Assembly: GCA_013202715.1 (NCBI GenBank)
Contig: JABMRF010000018.1
Span: 14,641 to 78,640 of the forward strand
Length of the DNA stretch: 64,000 nucleotides
Direction: 5' to 3'
Origin: Candidatus Kuenenbacteria bacterium
Lineage (GTDB): Bacteria > Patescibacteriota > Patescibacteriia > UBA11705 > JABHMO01
The notes under the pieces are model-generated. The model saw only the letters and a program-made list of their open reading frames with translations. It was not told where the DNA came from and did not search any database. Every line of letters starts with the position of its first letter. Positions within the stretch are counted from its first letter, which is position 1. The position numbers and the translations under genes were made by a program. Below, in pieces: positions 8,671 to 16,736 of the stretch.

Positions 8671-9204
8671 ATGAATCAACATTACGAGTTGACCTACATT
8701 GTGTCAATCAAATACATTGAAGATGATCTGCAAAAGGTCATCAAGTCTGTTAATGAAGTAATTGCAAAAGCAAACGGTGAGATTACAAAAGAAACTGACC
8801 TTGGGAAACAGCGACTTGCTTATCCAATCGACCATGCTCATCAGGGAACTTATATTTCTCTTGAGTTTGATATGGAACAGGAAAAACTGCAAGAAACAAA
8901 TACTCTATTGAGATTAATGCCGGAACTACTACGACATTTGATTATTAAAAAGAAAGTTCAAACAGAAGCTGAAATCAAAAAGCAAGAAGATATTCAGGAA
9001 AAAATTAGAAAAGGAAAACAAGAAGAGCTAAAAAAACTTGAAAATGAAACTGAAGTCGGAATAAAAGCAACTGAACCTATCAAAAAGTCAGCTGACGAAA
9101 CCAAGCCAGTTGTAACCAAGAAAGAAAAACCGGCAAAAGAAAAGGTTACCTTGGAGGACTTGGACAAAAAGTTAGATGAAATTTTATCAGACGACATACT
9201 TTAA
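8671..9204 (+). CDS. rpsF: 30S ribosomal protein S6 with a K/E-rich C-terminal extension
   Basis: The ..ELTYIV...........V..........G.I...........LAYPI.....G.Y.. pattern of bS6 is present. Conserved rpsF-ssb-rpsR gene order. Confidence 0.85.
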   Translation: MNQHYELTYIVSIKYIEDDLQKVIKSVNEVIAKANGEITKETDLGKQRLAYPIDHAHQGTYISLEFDMEQEKLQETNTLLRLMPELLRHLIIKKKVQTEAEIKKQEDIQEKIRKGKQEELKKLENETEVGIKATEPIKKSADETKPVVTKKEKPAKEKVTLEDLDKKLDEILSDDIL

Positions 9205-9316
9205 AAATTAAAATGAAAAAGTAAAAACCACATACTTTAAATAGTAAATTCAAAATATTTTTATTTAATAATTTTGACTGTGGTTTTGCATTTTACATTT
9301 TACATTTAAAAACAAT

Positions 9317-9820
9317 ATGGATTTAAACAAAGCAATGCTAATCGGTCGCTTGACTCGCGATCCGGAGGGAAGAACAACACCACAAGGAACTACTGTCGCT
9401 TCATTTTCAGTAGCTACCAACTTTGTGTGGGTTGACGCAAACGGACAAAAACAAGAAAAAGTTGAATATCACAATATCGTTGCCTGGAGAAAATTGGCTG
9501 ACATTTGTACCCAGTACTTGAAAAAAGGAAGCAAGGTCTACATCGAGGGGCGACTACAAACTCGAGATTGGGAAGGCCAAGATGGTGTAAAGCGTTACAG
9601 AACGGAAGTCGTAGCAGACAACATGATCATGCTCGACAGCAAGCCACGAAGTGATTCTTCTGGTTCTGGATACAACCAGGCTCCACCTCCACAGGCAGAA
9701 GCACAACCTGTAATCCAGGTTGATCAATCACCTGTAGAAGGTACTGAGATTCCTGAGGCAAATGCTCCTACTACTAGTGGTAGTGACGATGAAATTAAAG
9801 TTGAAAACATTCCTTTTTAA
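9317..9820 (+). CDS. ssb: single-stranded DNA-binding protein
   Basis: N-terminus MLIGRLTRDPE..R.T..G...A.FS.A.N, an OB fold, a Gly/Pro-rich linker and an acidic C-terminal tail DDEIKVENIPF. Confidence 0.9.
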   Translation: MDLNKAMLIGRLTRDPEGRTTPQGTTVASFSVATNFVWVDANGQKQEKVEYHNIVAWRKLADICTQYLKKGSKVYIEGRLQTRDWEGQDGVKRYRTEVVADNMIMLDSKPRSDSSGSGYNQAPPPQAEAQPVIQVDQSPVEGTEIPEANAPTTSGSDDEIKVENIPF

Positions 9821-9927
9821 ATAAACGCGGATCCACACGGATCAAACGCGGATAATGCGGACCTAAGAAAAAACTTCTTAGTAAATTCCGTTCAATCCGC
9901 GTTATATCCGCTTAATCCGCGCCCCCT
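9821..9927. repeat. family A word-repeat element, full imperfect palindrome
   Basis: Left arm aaacgcggatccacacggatcaaacgcggataatgcgga, right arm ccgttcaatccgcgttatatccgcttaatccgcg. Confidence 0.65.
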
Positions 9928-10152
9928 ATGAAAAACAACATTCTTACAAAAGAAAGACAGTGCCATTTTTGCCAAAACGGTATCAAGGACATTGACTATA
10001 AAGAAGGAACACTTCTACGCAAGTTCACTTCTTCATATGCAAAAATTGTCCCACGCCGACGTAGCAAACTATGCGCCAAGCATCAGCGAAAAACAGCTGA
10101 GGCTATTAAGCGTGCGCGATTTATGGCTATCCTGCCATTCGTCAACAGATAA
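9928..10152 (+). CDS. rpsR: 30S ribosomal protein S18
   Basis: Contains CHFC....IDYK....L..F.S...KI.PRR.S..C.K.QR....AIKRAR..A.LP. Confidence 0.85.
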   Translation: MKNNILTKERQCHFCQNGIKDIDYKEGTLLRKFTSSYAKIVPRRRSKLCAKHQRKTAEAIKRARFMAILPFVNR

Positions 10153-10164
10153 ATTAAAGTATTA

Positions 10165-10262
10165 TATTTTGTAATACATGATCTACATGATTTACTACTG
10201 ATCTACGTGACGTATGTAACTTTTTATCAGTAGATCATGTAGAAAATCAGTAGATCAAGTAT
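10165..10262. repeat. family B word-repeat element (gatctac/cagtag)
   Basis: Contains atacatgatctacatgatttactactgatctacgtgac...tcagtagatcatgtagaaaatcagtagatcaag. Confidence 0.6.
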
Positions 10263-10266
10263 TTTT

Positions 10267-10830
10267 ATGCTAGACATTTCACAAATCCGTCTAGGAACCG
10301 TAGTAAAGCACGACAACGAACCATACGTTGTTACTTCTTGTGCTCAAAAACAGGTTGGCCGAGGTGGATCAATCAAAGTAATAAAAATCAAAAACCTAAT
10401 TTCCGGAAAAGTCTTGGAAATGACAATTCAGGGAAACACAAAAATGGCAGAAGCGGATTTATCCAGAACAAAAGCAACCTTTTTATATACTGAAGGAGGT
10501 GAGTCTCATTTTATGGACTCAGAATCCTATGAACAGTTCAGTTTGGAAAAAGAAAATGTTGGCGATGGAATCAACTATCTAAAAGACGGAACTGACGTTA
10601 CTGTTTTGAATTTTGAAAGCAAACCGGTTTCAGTTCAAGTCCCGCCAAAGGTAAAGCTCGAAGTGGTTGAATCTCCTCCGGGCGTTCGCGGCGACTCAGT
10701 TGGGACTGCCACAAAAACAATCAAGCTTGAAACTGGATTTGAAGTCAATGCTCCACTTTTCATCAAGAAAGGCGACTCAGTTATTATTAATACTGACACA
10801 GGGCAATACGTTGAGAGAGCGAAGAGTTAA
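10267..10830 (+). CDS. efp: elongation factor P
   Basis: Aligns along its full length to E. coli EF-P. The loop equivalent to KPGKG reads QVGRGGS, so the site modified as Lys34 in E. coli is an Arg here. Confidence 0.9.
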   Translation: MLDISQIRLGTVVKHDNEPYVVTSCAQKQVGRGGSIKVIKIKNLISGKVLEMTIQGNTKMAEADLSRTKATFLYTEGGESHFMDSESYEQFSLEKENVGDGINYLKDGTDVTVLNFESKPVSVQVPPKVKLEVVESPPGVRGDSVGTATKTIKLETGFEVNAPLFIKKGDSVIINTDTGQYVERAKS

Positions 10831-10831
10831 A

Positions 10832-10862
10832 ATGTAAAAGGTAAAATGTAAAAGTATTTTAG
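10832..10862. repeat. family D word repeat (gtaaaag)
   Basis: Sequence aaaatgtaaaaggtaaaatgtaaaagtatttt. Confidence 0.5.
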
Positions 10863-10975
10863 ATATAAAAAAAACAACACCAATCTGAGTGTTGTTTTTT
10901 CATATTGACATATTGATTATTCCTTGTTAAGATAAATCATCAAGTGGGGTGAATCATTAACAATGGAGAAGGGAC

Positions 10976-11203
10976 ATGGAAGCACCTAAAATCGGGCAAT
11001 GGATTGCAACTCATGGTACCAATCATGGCGCTGGCAAAGTAACAAATGTTAATCCAGAAACTGGAGCAGTTACGGCTACTTTTTCACCGCTGTTTGACCC
11101 GCAAGGAAAATTAAACGAAAAAACGGTAACTCCAGCTGAGATTGGAGACCTTATAACCGATCCGGGACTGATTCGGGAGTGCGAGCAGAGTATTCTCTCT
11201 TGA
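10976..11203 (+). CDS. small hypothetical protein (75 aa)
   Basis: Has an RBS and is followed by a terminator at 11205-11247. Confidence 0.45.
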   Translation: MEAPKIGQWIATHGTNHGAGKVTNVNPETGAVTATFSPLFDPQGKLNEKTVTPAEIGDLITDPGLIRECEQSILS

Positions 11204-11204
11204 A

Positions 11205-11247
11205 AACAACCCAAAACAACACCCGCATCCGAGTGTTGTTTTTTAGT
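11205..11247 (+). terminator. intrinsic terminator (aacaacac...gtgttgtt family)
   Basis: Sequence aaaacaacacccgcatccgagtgttgtttttt. The same family recurs at 11575-11612, 12513-12548 and 14255-14292. Confidence 0.6.
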
Positions 11248-11249
11248 CT

Positions 11250-11283
11250 TGACAAATGTAAAAAAATGGAGTATAATGCAATG
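11250..11283 (+). promoter_or_regulatory. promoter TTGACA-17-TATAAT
   Basis: Sequence cttgacaaatgtaaaaaaatggagtataatgc. Confidence 0.5.
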
Positions 11284-11324
11284 TTCGTCAAATTGTAATA
11301 AGCTTCAAATGGAGGGAAGTAAAA

Positions 11325-11564
11325 ATGGCAGTAATTACTCGTTTCGGAATGGAGATAGCGATCAATACTCACTTGGCTGGAAATCGGCTTCACAATTTGC
11401 TTATTCAGGTAGTGCCACAGTTAAAAGTGGATGAAGAAGGAAATATTCGGCCTGAGCAAGTTGCAAATATAAGAAAAACTCTTCGAGCTGCCATGCCACA
11501 TGCCCCTGATGACGCTACTAAAATCAAATGTCAAAAACTTTTAGAGTTCTTGGAACAATATTAG
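11325..11564 (+). CDS. small hypothetical protein (79 aa)
   Basis: RBS ggagggaag followed by ATG. Terminator follows. Confidence 0.45.
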   Translation: MAVITRFGMEIAINTHLAGNRLHNLLIQVVPQLKVDEEGNIRPEQVANIRKTLRAAMPHAPDDATKIKCQKLLEFLEQY

Positions 11565-11574
11565 AGCAAACCAA

Positions 11575-11612
11575 CCAAAACAACACCCGCATCGAGTGTT
11601 GTTTTTTTGTCG
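11575..11612 (+). terminator. intrinsic terminator
   Basis: Sequence aaaacaacacccgcatcgagtgttgttttttt. Confidence 0.6.
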
Positions 11613-11685
11613 AGGAGTATTGACAAATGATTTTTATTGAAGTAAATTGTCCAGTGAGGGATCATTAAAATTGGAGGGAAATAAA

Positions 11686-11958
11686 ATGTCAGAATCTGAC
11701 CAATATGGCTACATCGAATCAGATGACGAAACCGTTTATCTAGGAACAATTGAAACTGTGACTGACTTCGGCATCTTCGTTGATTTAGGAGATGGCCGAG
11801 AAGGTTTGCTACACTGGAAGTCAATACCAGGATGTAAAGACTCGGGAAAGGTAGCTGATGTGTGCAAGAAAGGTAACAAGATAAAAGTAACAATTGAAAA
11901 GGTTCATCGTCGCGATGAAAAGATCGTTCTCAGTTGTGTTGAATTCCCGGTTCACTAG
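11686..11958 (+). CDS. small S1-like OB-fold RNA-binding protein
   Basis: RBS ggagggaaataaaATG. The pattern GTIETVTDFGIFVDLGDGREGLLHWKSI....G.V...KKG..IKV.I.KV is S1-domain-like. Confidence 0.5.
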   Translation: MSESDQYGYIESDDETVYLGTIETVTDFGIFVDLGDGREGLLHWKSIPGCKDSGKVADVCKKGNKIKVTIEKVHRRDEKIVLSCVEFPVH

Positions 11959-12053
11959 AATCAATTAGAAAGTCGCAAAAAAAAATAATTGCGTTAAGAT
12001 AGAATAAGTTCGTTGAGTGGAGAGTCCTGCCAAAGGGCAAAAAGGGGGAAGGT

Positions 12054-12485
12054 GTGACTACGGAGTACAAGGTTTTAGCAGATGTAATGAATGAAGACCT
12101 GAATCGTTTTCAGATTCGAAGAGGCTATATGTTGATCCTGAAACATGGGTTGATGGGGGTATTCCCAGCCATCATTACTGAGAATACAGAACCGGTTGTA
12201 TGCCTGGACAAGGAATTGCTGAAAAAAGCAGGGTTACTACTTCCGGAAAGACCTTTCACGGTTGTGGAGATTATAATGCTGGCCAGTGCAGAATTGGCAG
12301 TTGGTTTCAATGTTTCCAATGATGTAGATGAGAAAACAAAGCCTTTCTTTATTTTAACTGAAACAGAATTTGAGCGACGAGTGAAAGATGAAGAACGGCC
12401 TTTCAGGTGGGCGCCAGGCTTGATCGGGGCTGGTATGGATCGGGAGCATTATGTAGAAACCTTGGAAACTGCTCTAGGTTCTTAA
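12054..12485 (+). CDS. hypothetical protein (143 aa)
   Basis: ORF followed by a terminator at 12513-12548. No recognisable domain. Confidence 0.4.
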   Translation: MTTEYKVLADVMNEDLNRFQIRRGYMLILKHGLMGVFPAIITENTEPVVCLDKELLKKAGLLLPERPFTVVEIIMLASAELAVGFNVSNDVDEKTKPFFILTETEFERRVKDEERPFRWAPGLIGAGMDREHYVETLETALGS

Positions 12486-12569
12486 CCTTAGCACCAAGCT
12501 TAGATTAAACAATTACAAAACAACACCCGCATCCGGAGTGTTGTTTTTTAATTGAACTAAATTATTTTA

Positions 12570-13256
12570 CTATTTCCTCTTCAAATACGCCAACCAGAAA
12601 TTTCGTTTATAACTCTGCCCCTTAAACCTGGTGTAATTTGTCTTTTTCTCCAAACTGAAAACTTCAAAATATTTCGAATAAAAATCGACAAAATCCTGCC
12701 GGGCAAAAACTCTCTCCACCAGATTCATATCTTTATTAATATAAGTATCTCGCTCAGGACCAGGGTTATTTTTGATCAAAGCCTTAGCGTTTTTGTCGCC
12801 GTCTTTGCACAGCGCTTTTACGAAAAAATATCCACCTGATTTCAGTACTCTATGCGTTTCTGATAAATAAACATCGCGCTCTTTTTCGTTCAGAGAATTG
12901 GATGAAGTCACATCGAGCGCAATATCAAAGGCGCCGTCATCAAATGGAAACTTTTCGCCAATGCTCTGAAGTCGATAATCTACCTTTAGTCCCATCTCTC
13001 TAGCGCGTGACTTTGCAAGCTCCACTGCAGTCGCGGAAATTTCAAGGCCAACGGCACTATTGCCACGCTCGGCCAGATAATTTGCGTTTCTACCAGTACC
13101 CGATCCCAGATCCAATACATTTAGATTTTCCAAATCAATATTTGCATTTTTTCGCAAGAATTTCAAAAAACGAAGTACATCCTTTTGTGGCTTCGCATCC
13201 TTTGTGACCAACTGCGGTCTTTTGTATTCATTTTCCCAGGCTGTGTCTTGGGGCAT
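12570..13256 (-). CDS. class I SAM-dependent methyltransferase
   Basis: Motif I VLDLGSGTGRNANYLAERG and a post-I acidic residue. The substrate is unknown. Confidence 0.7.
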   Translation of the reverse strand: MPQDTAWENEYKRPQLVTKDAKPQKDVLRFLKFLRKNANIDLENLNVLDLGSGTGRNANYLAERGNSAVGLEISATAVELAKSRAREMGLKVDYRLQSIGEKFPFDDGAFDIALDVTSSNSLNEKERDVYLSETHRVLKSGGYFFVKALCKDGDKNAKALIKNNPGPERDTYINKDMNLVERVFARQDFVDFYSKYFEVFSLEKKTNYTRFKGQSYKRNFWLAYLKRK

Positions 13257-13262
13257 AATCGT

Positions 13263-14189
13263 TTATTTTTTTACCACTAAATTTATCGGCTCCCCACTTG
13301 CAAAGGCTTCCACATTTCGAACAACAGTTTCGGCGCCATTTAGTTTTGCCTGCTCGGTTGCAAAAGCAATGTGAGGAGTTGCAAGAATCTTCTCGTTATT
13401 TAAAACCTTCTGATAAAAATCATTTGTTGTATCGCCCGGATTTTCAGGATCGCAATCAATTGCCGCTCCGCTAAGAATATTATTATCCAAGGACTTAATC
13501 AGTCCATTCAAATCATATGTATATTGTCTGGCAAAAGACACAAAATACGCGCCCGGTTTTAGCGACATAAAAAAACTTTCATCCAAAAGATTTTTACTTG
13601 TAGTATTACAATTGAGACTATCGATTATCAAATCTGCTTTTGCTGATTTTTCTTGTAAATTGTCGCCCCGAGAAAAGAAATCGACTTCCATACCAAGACT
13701 TTCACATACTGAACCGATTTTCGTGCCAATATTTCCCTTTCCTACGATCAAGGCCTTCTTTCCACTCAAGCTTTGGTTAAATTCCAAAGGAATATTTTCA
13801 GTTACATTGATCATGGCCGGGAATTTTCGAAAAAGTGAAAGAGTCATAAAAATTGCCCATTCCACAATAGAATCCCTATTACTTCCCCGAGTATTTGCGA
13901 TCAGTACACCCGCTTGTTCCAATTTTTCTGAATCAAAATTACCAAGTTCAATATAGGGATAAGTTACAAATACATTTTTGAGATTATAAATATTTTCCAA
14001 TAGTCCACCTGCATCACTGCAAATAACGTCTGACTCTTCTGAAAGGCGAGCCCACTCTTCAGGAGATTCTGGATTGGCTACCTGCTTGACATCACCCAAT
14101 AATTCTAACCGCTTCATCTGCTGATGACTAAAATTTGATCTTCCTACAATTGTAATTTTTTTCATAATGTTATAGTTAATTATGTACAC
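13263..14189 (-). CDS. D-isomer-specific 2-hydroxyacid dehydrogenase family (NAD-binding)
   Basis: Rossmann motif ALIVGKGNIGTKIG. The catalytic region ..TPHIAFAT.. with His is present. Adjacent to the methyltransferase, probably in one operon. Confidence 0.7.
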   Translation of the reverse strand: MYIINYNIMKKITIVGRSNFSHQQMKRLELLGDVKQVANPESPEEWARLSEESDVICSDAGGLLENIYNLKNVFVTYPYIELGNFDSEKLEQAGVLIANTRGSNRDSIVEWAIFMTLSLFRKFPAMINVTENIPLEFNQSLSGKKALIVGKGNIGTKIGSVCESLGMEVDFFSRGDNLQEKSAKADLIIDSLNCNTTSKNLLDESFFMSLKPGAYFVSFARQYTYDLNGLIKSLDNNILSGAAIDCDPENPGDTTNDFYQKVLNNEKILATPHIAFATEQAKLNGAETVVRNVEAFASGEPINLVVKK

Positions 14190-14254
14190 CTACTCATGAT
14201 AAGCCAAAAACTCTCCATTGTAAAGCCTCAAACAACAAATCAAATTGATAAAAC

Positions 14255-14292
14255 AAAAACAACACCCGCATCCGGAGTGTTGTTTTTTATTA
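14255..14292. terminator. bidirectional intrinsic terminator
   Basis: Sequence aaaacaacacccgcatccggagtgttgtttttt. Confidence 0.6.
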
Positions 14293-14302
14293 ATTCTAAG
14301 GC

Positions 14303-14752
14303 TTATTTTTTGGCTTGCTGCCGAGCATCATGAAATTCTTTATCCGCTTTTTCCATTTCAAAAATTAGATTATCAATAATCCCGTTAAATATATCCGCGC
14401 CTTTTTCATTGGGTTTTAATTTTCTATCCTTCAAACTTAAAACAATATTTGTACTTTTTCTTTGTCCATATTCCAGAACATTTATCATGGCCAGGTTAAT
14501 TCTTCTTCTGATTTCTTTCTTTTCATTTTCAGAAAGAGCCTCTTCATCTAACATCTCCAACAATGCTTCATATGTTTCATAAAAGCCCTTGATTACCGTT
14601 TCCTTTGCTACGCGTATTTCATATTCGCCAAATAAATCATTCGCCGCGCGAATTTGGGATTCCCAATCAGAAAAAAATTTGGCCCTATCCCATGTGTGGC
14701 TCGGCATTTCATCATGAATAGTTGAAAATTCTCGCCCTTCAAAAAACGGCAT
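14303..14752 (-). CDS. hypothetical helical protein immediately downstream of recA (RecX-like by position only)
   Basis: 149 aa and predicted all-helical. Lies in the position usually held by recX. No convincing sequence signature. Confidence 0.3.
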   Translation of the reverse strand: MPFFEGREFSTIHDEMPSHTWDRAKFFSDWESQIRAANDLFGEYEIRVAKETVIKGFYETYEALLEMLDEEALSENEKKEIRRRINLAMINVLEYGQRKSTNIVLSLKDRKLKPNEKGADIFNGIIDNLIFEMEKADKEFHDARQQAKK

Positions 14753-14791
14753 AAGCTCATGGTTAATATTTGAGAAATTACTTAATTACAA

Positions 14792-15817
14792 TTAATCGCT
14801 TTCACGACTCTCCTTCACTTTCACCCAAATCTCTTTCTTAATCTTCTCAATCAATTTTGGATTATCTCGGAGGTATTGTTTAGCAGTTTCTCGGCCAACG
14901 CCAAGCTTTTCTTCGCCATATGAATATGAATTTCCAGCCTTGTCAACTACTCCAAATTTCATACCAATATCAACTACATCACCGGAAACGGAAATGCCTT
15001 CATTGTACATGATGTCAAATTCGCAGGTTTGAAACGGTGGTGCAACTTTGTTTTTTACAACTTTGGCTTTAACTCTGTTACCGATTGTGATTTCCGCTTT
15101 TTTAATTTGAGCGGCACGGCGAACTTCTATTCGAACTGAACTGTAAAACTTGAGCGCCATACCACCCGTAGTGGTTTCCGGATTGCCGAAGAAAACACCT
15201 ATCTTTTGTCTAGTTTGATTTATGAAAATAACTGTTGTTTTGGTTTTTCCAACAATAGCAGCTAACTTTCGAAGTGCCTGACTCATCAATCTTGCCTGAA
15301 GGCCCATGTGTCGATCTCCCATCTCACCTTCAATTTCTGCCTTTGGAGTGAGGGCCGCAACGGAATCAATAACAATAATGTCCATTGCATTTGATCGAAC
15401 CAAGGTTTCAACAATTTCAAGCGCCTGCTCTCCAGTATCAGGCTGAGAAATAAACATCTGATTGATATCAATGCCTATTTTCTTTGCGTAATCCGGATCA
15501 AGCGCATGCTCAGCGTCAATAAAAGCTGCTGAACCGCCTGTTTTCTGAACTTCCGCAACAATGTGTTGAGACAAAGTTGTTTTACCGGAAGATTCCGGTC
15601 CGTAAACTTCAATAATTCTTCCGCGCGGTACACCACCCACGCCAAGCGCAATATCAAGAGAAATACTGCCAGTTGAAATTGCTTCAACGTTCAGAGTGTT
15701 AGCCTCGCCAAGTTTCATAATGGCGCCATCACCAAACCTTTCTTTGATCTGTGAAATTGCATCATCCTCAGCTTTTTGTTTTAACGTCCCCTCCGCCCCA
15801 TCTACCTTTTTTGTCAT
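14792..15817 (-). CDS. recA: recombinase RecA
   Basis: Walker [11 protein letters not shown]. Canonical RecA core sequence ..[46 protein letters not shown]...IVIDSVAAL. Confidence 0.95.
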   Translation of the reverse strand: MTKKVDGAEGTLKQKAEDDAISQIKERFGDGAIMKLGEANTLNVEAISTGSISLDIALGVGGVPRGRIIEVYGPESSGKTTLSQHIVAEVQKTGGSAAFIDAEHALDPDYAKKIGIDINQMFISQPDTGEQALEIVETLVRSNAMDIIVIDSVAALTPKAEIEGEMGDRHMGLQARLMSQALRKLAAIVGKTKTTVIFINQTRQKIGVFFGNPETTTGGMALKFYSSVRIEVRRAAQIKKAEITIGNRVKAKVVKNKVAPPFQTCEFDIMYNEGISVSGDVVDIGMKFGVVDKAGNSYSYGEEKLGVGRETAKQYLRDNPKLIEKIKKEIWVKVKESRESD

Positions 15818-15865
15818 AATATTTATTTCAGAAACCTAAGCATGGAAATGCTCCTGAAAATTAGT

Positions 15866-15950
15866 TTTTATGTAAAATGTAAAAGTTAAAAGTATTATTG
15901 GGCCCTATTACTATTAACTTTTACTTTTTACCTTTTACCTATTTTATTCT
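15866..15950. repeat. family D palindromic word repeat (gtaaaag / cttttac)
   Basis: Left arm tgtaaaatgtaaaagttaaaagta, right arm tattaacttttactttttaccttttacc. Confidence 0.6.
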
Positions 15951-16624
15951 TCTGACACCACCACCTGCCTATAAATTACATTTTCTTTGCTGTGTTTCTT
16001 CTGTGCTGATATTTTAATAATATTTAATCCTTTTTGCAAATCCAGCAGCAAGGAAAAATTCCCCTGTTTATCACTCAAAAGTGGTCGCCCGTTAATTTTC
16101 AAATTTACTTCCTTTTCAGTCTGTCCTTGAATTTTGACCTGATGCTCAGTTGTAACTAAATTTTCAGCCGGTGAATTGACAATTAATTCTGGTGGAGATG
16201 TAATCTTGTTAACCGCAGAGCCAATATAAAACAGGACTCCAAGCAGGACAATGATAATACCGATATACTTTAATGTCCTCGGATTCAAAAAATGATTTAT
16301 TACCTTGTATAATCGACTCTCCTTTTTGTTATATTTCTGCTTCTGTGTTTTGATAAAAAGTTCTTTTTCTTTTTTAAATAAATCAACTACTGTATTTGGA
16401 TTCAAATTCAAAAGCTCAGCATAACTTTTCAAAATATTTATGGTATAAACATCAGCCGGCAACTTGTCGTACCTGTTGTGTTCCAAAAGCTTTATATAGC
16501 GTATGTTTAGATTCAAGGCTCTGGACGCTTTTTCTGGCGACAACCCCTTTTCCTGTCGATGCTTTTGCAATCTTTCACCCAATGTTTGTATTGTCTTTAT
16601 CTTTTTTGTTATAAACCCACTCAT
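15944..16624 (-). CDS. XRE-type HTH plus single-TM protein, RodZ-like
   Basis: N-terminal HTH LGERLQKHRQEKGLSPEKASRALNLNIRYIKLLE, then a TM helix and an extracytoplasmic C-terminal domain. This is the RodZ architecture. Confidence 0.45.
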   Translation of the reverse strand: MSGFITKKIKTIQTLGERLQKHRQEKGLSPEKASRALNLNIRYIKLLEHNRYDKLPADVYTINILKSYAELLNLNPNTVVDLFKKEKELFIKTQKQKYNKKESRLYKVINHFLNPRTLKYIGIIIVLLGVLFYIGSAVNKITSPPELIVNSPAENLVTTEHQVKIQGQTEKEVNLKINGRPLLSDKQGNFSLLLDLQKGLNIIKISAQKKHSKENVIYRQVVVSEE

Positions 16625-16629
16625 AGTAA

Positions 16630-16736
16630 TCGCGGATAAAGCGGATCTAACGCGGATAATTCGGACTGCGTTGATTAAAATAACTCACATAATCAATGCA
16701 CTCCGTTATATCCGCATATAATCCGTAAAATCCGCG
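16630..16736. repeat. family A word-repeat element, full palindrome with about 40 nt spacer
   Basis: Left arm cgcggataaagcggatctaacgcggataattcgga, right arm ccgttatatccgcatataatccgtaaaatccgcg. Confidence 0.65.
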
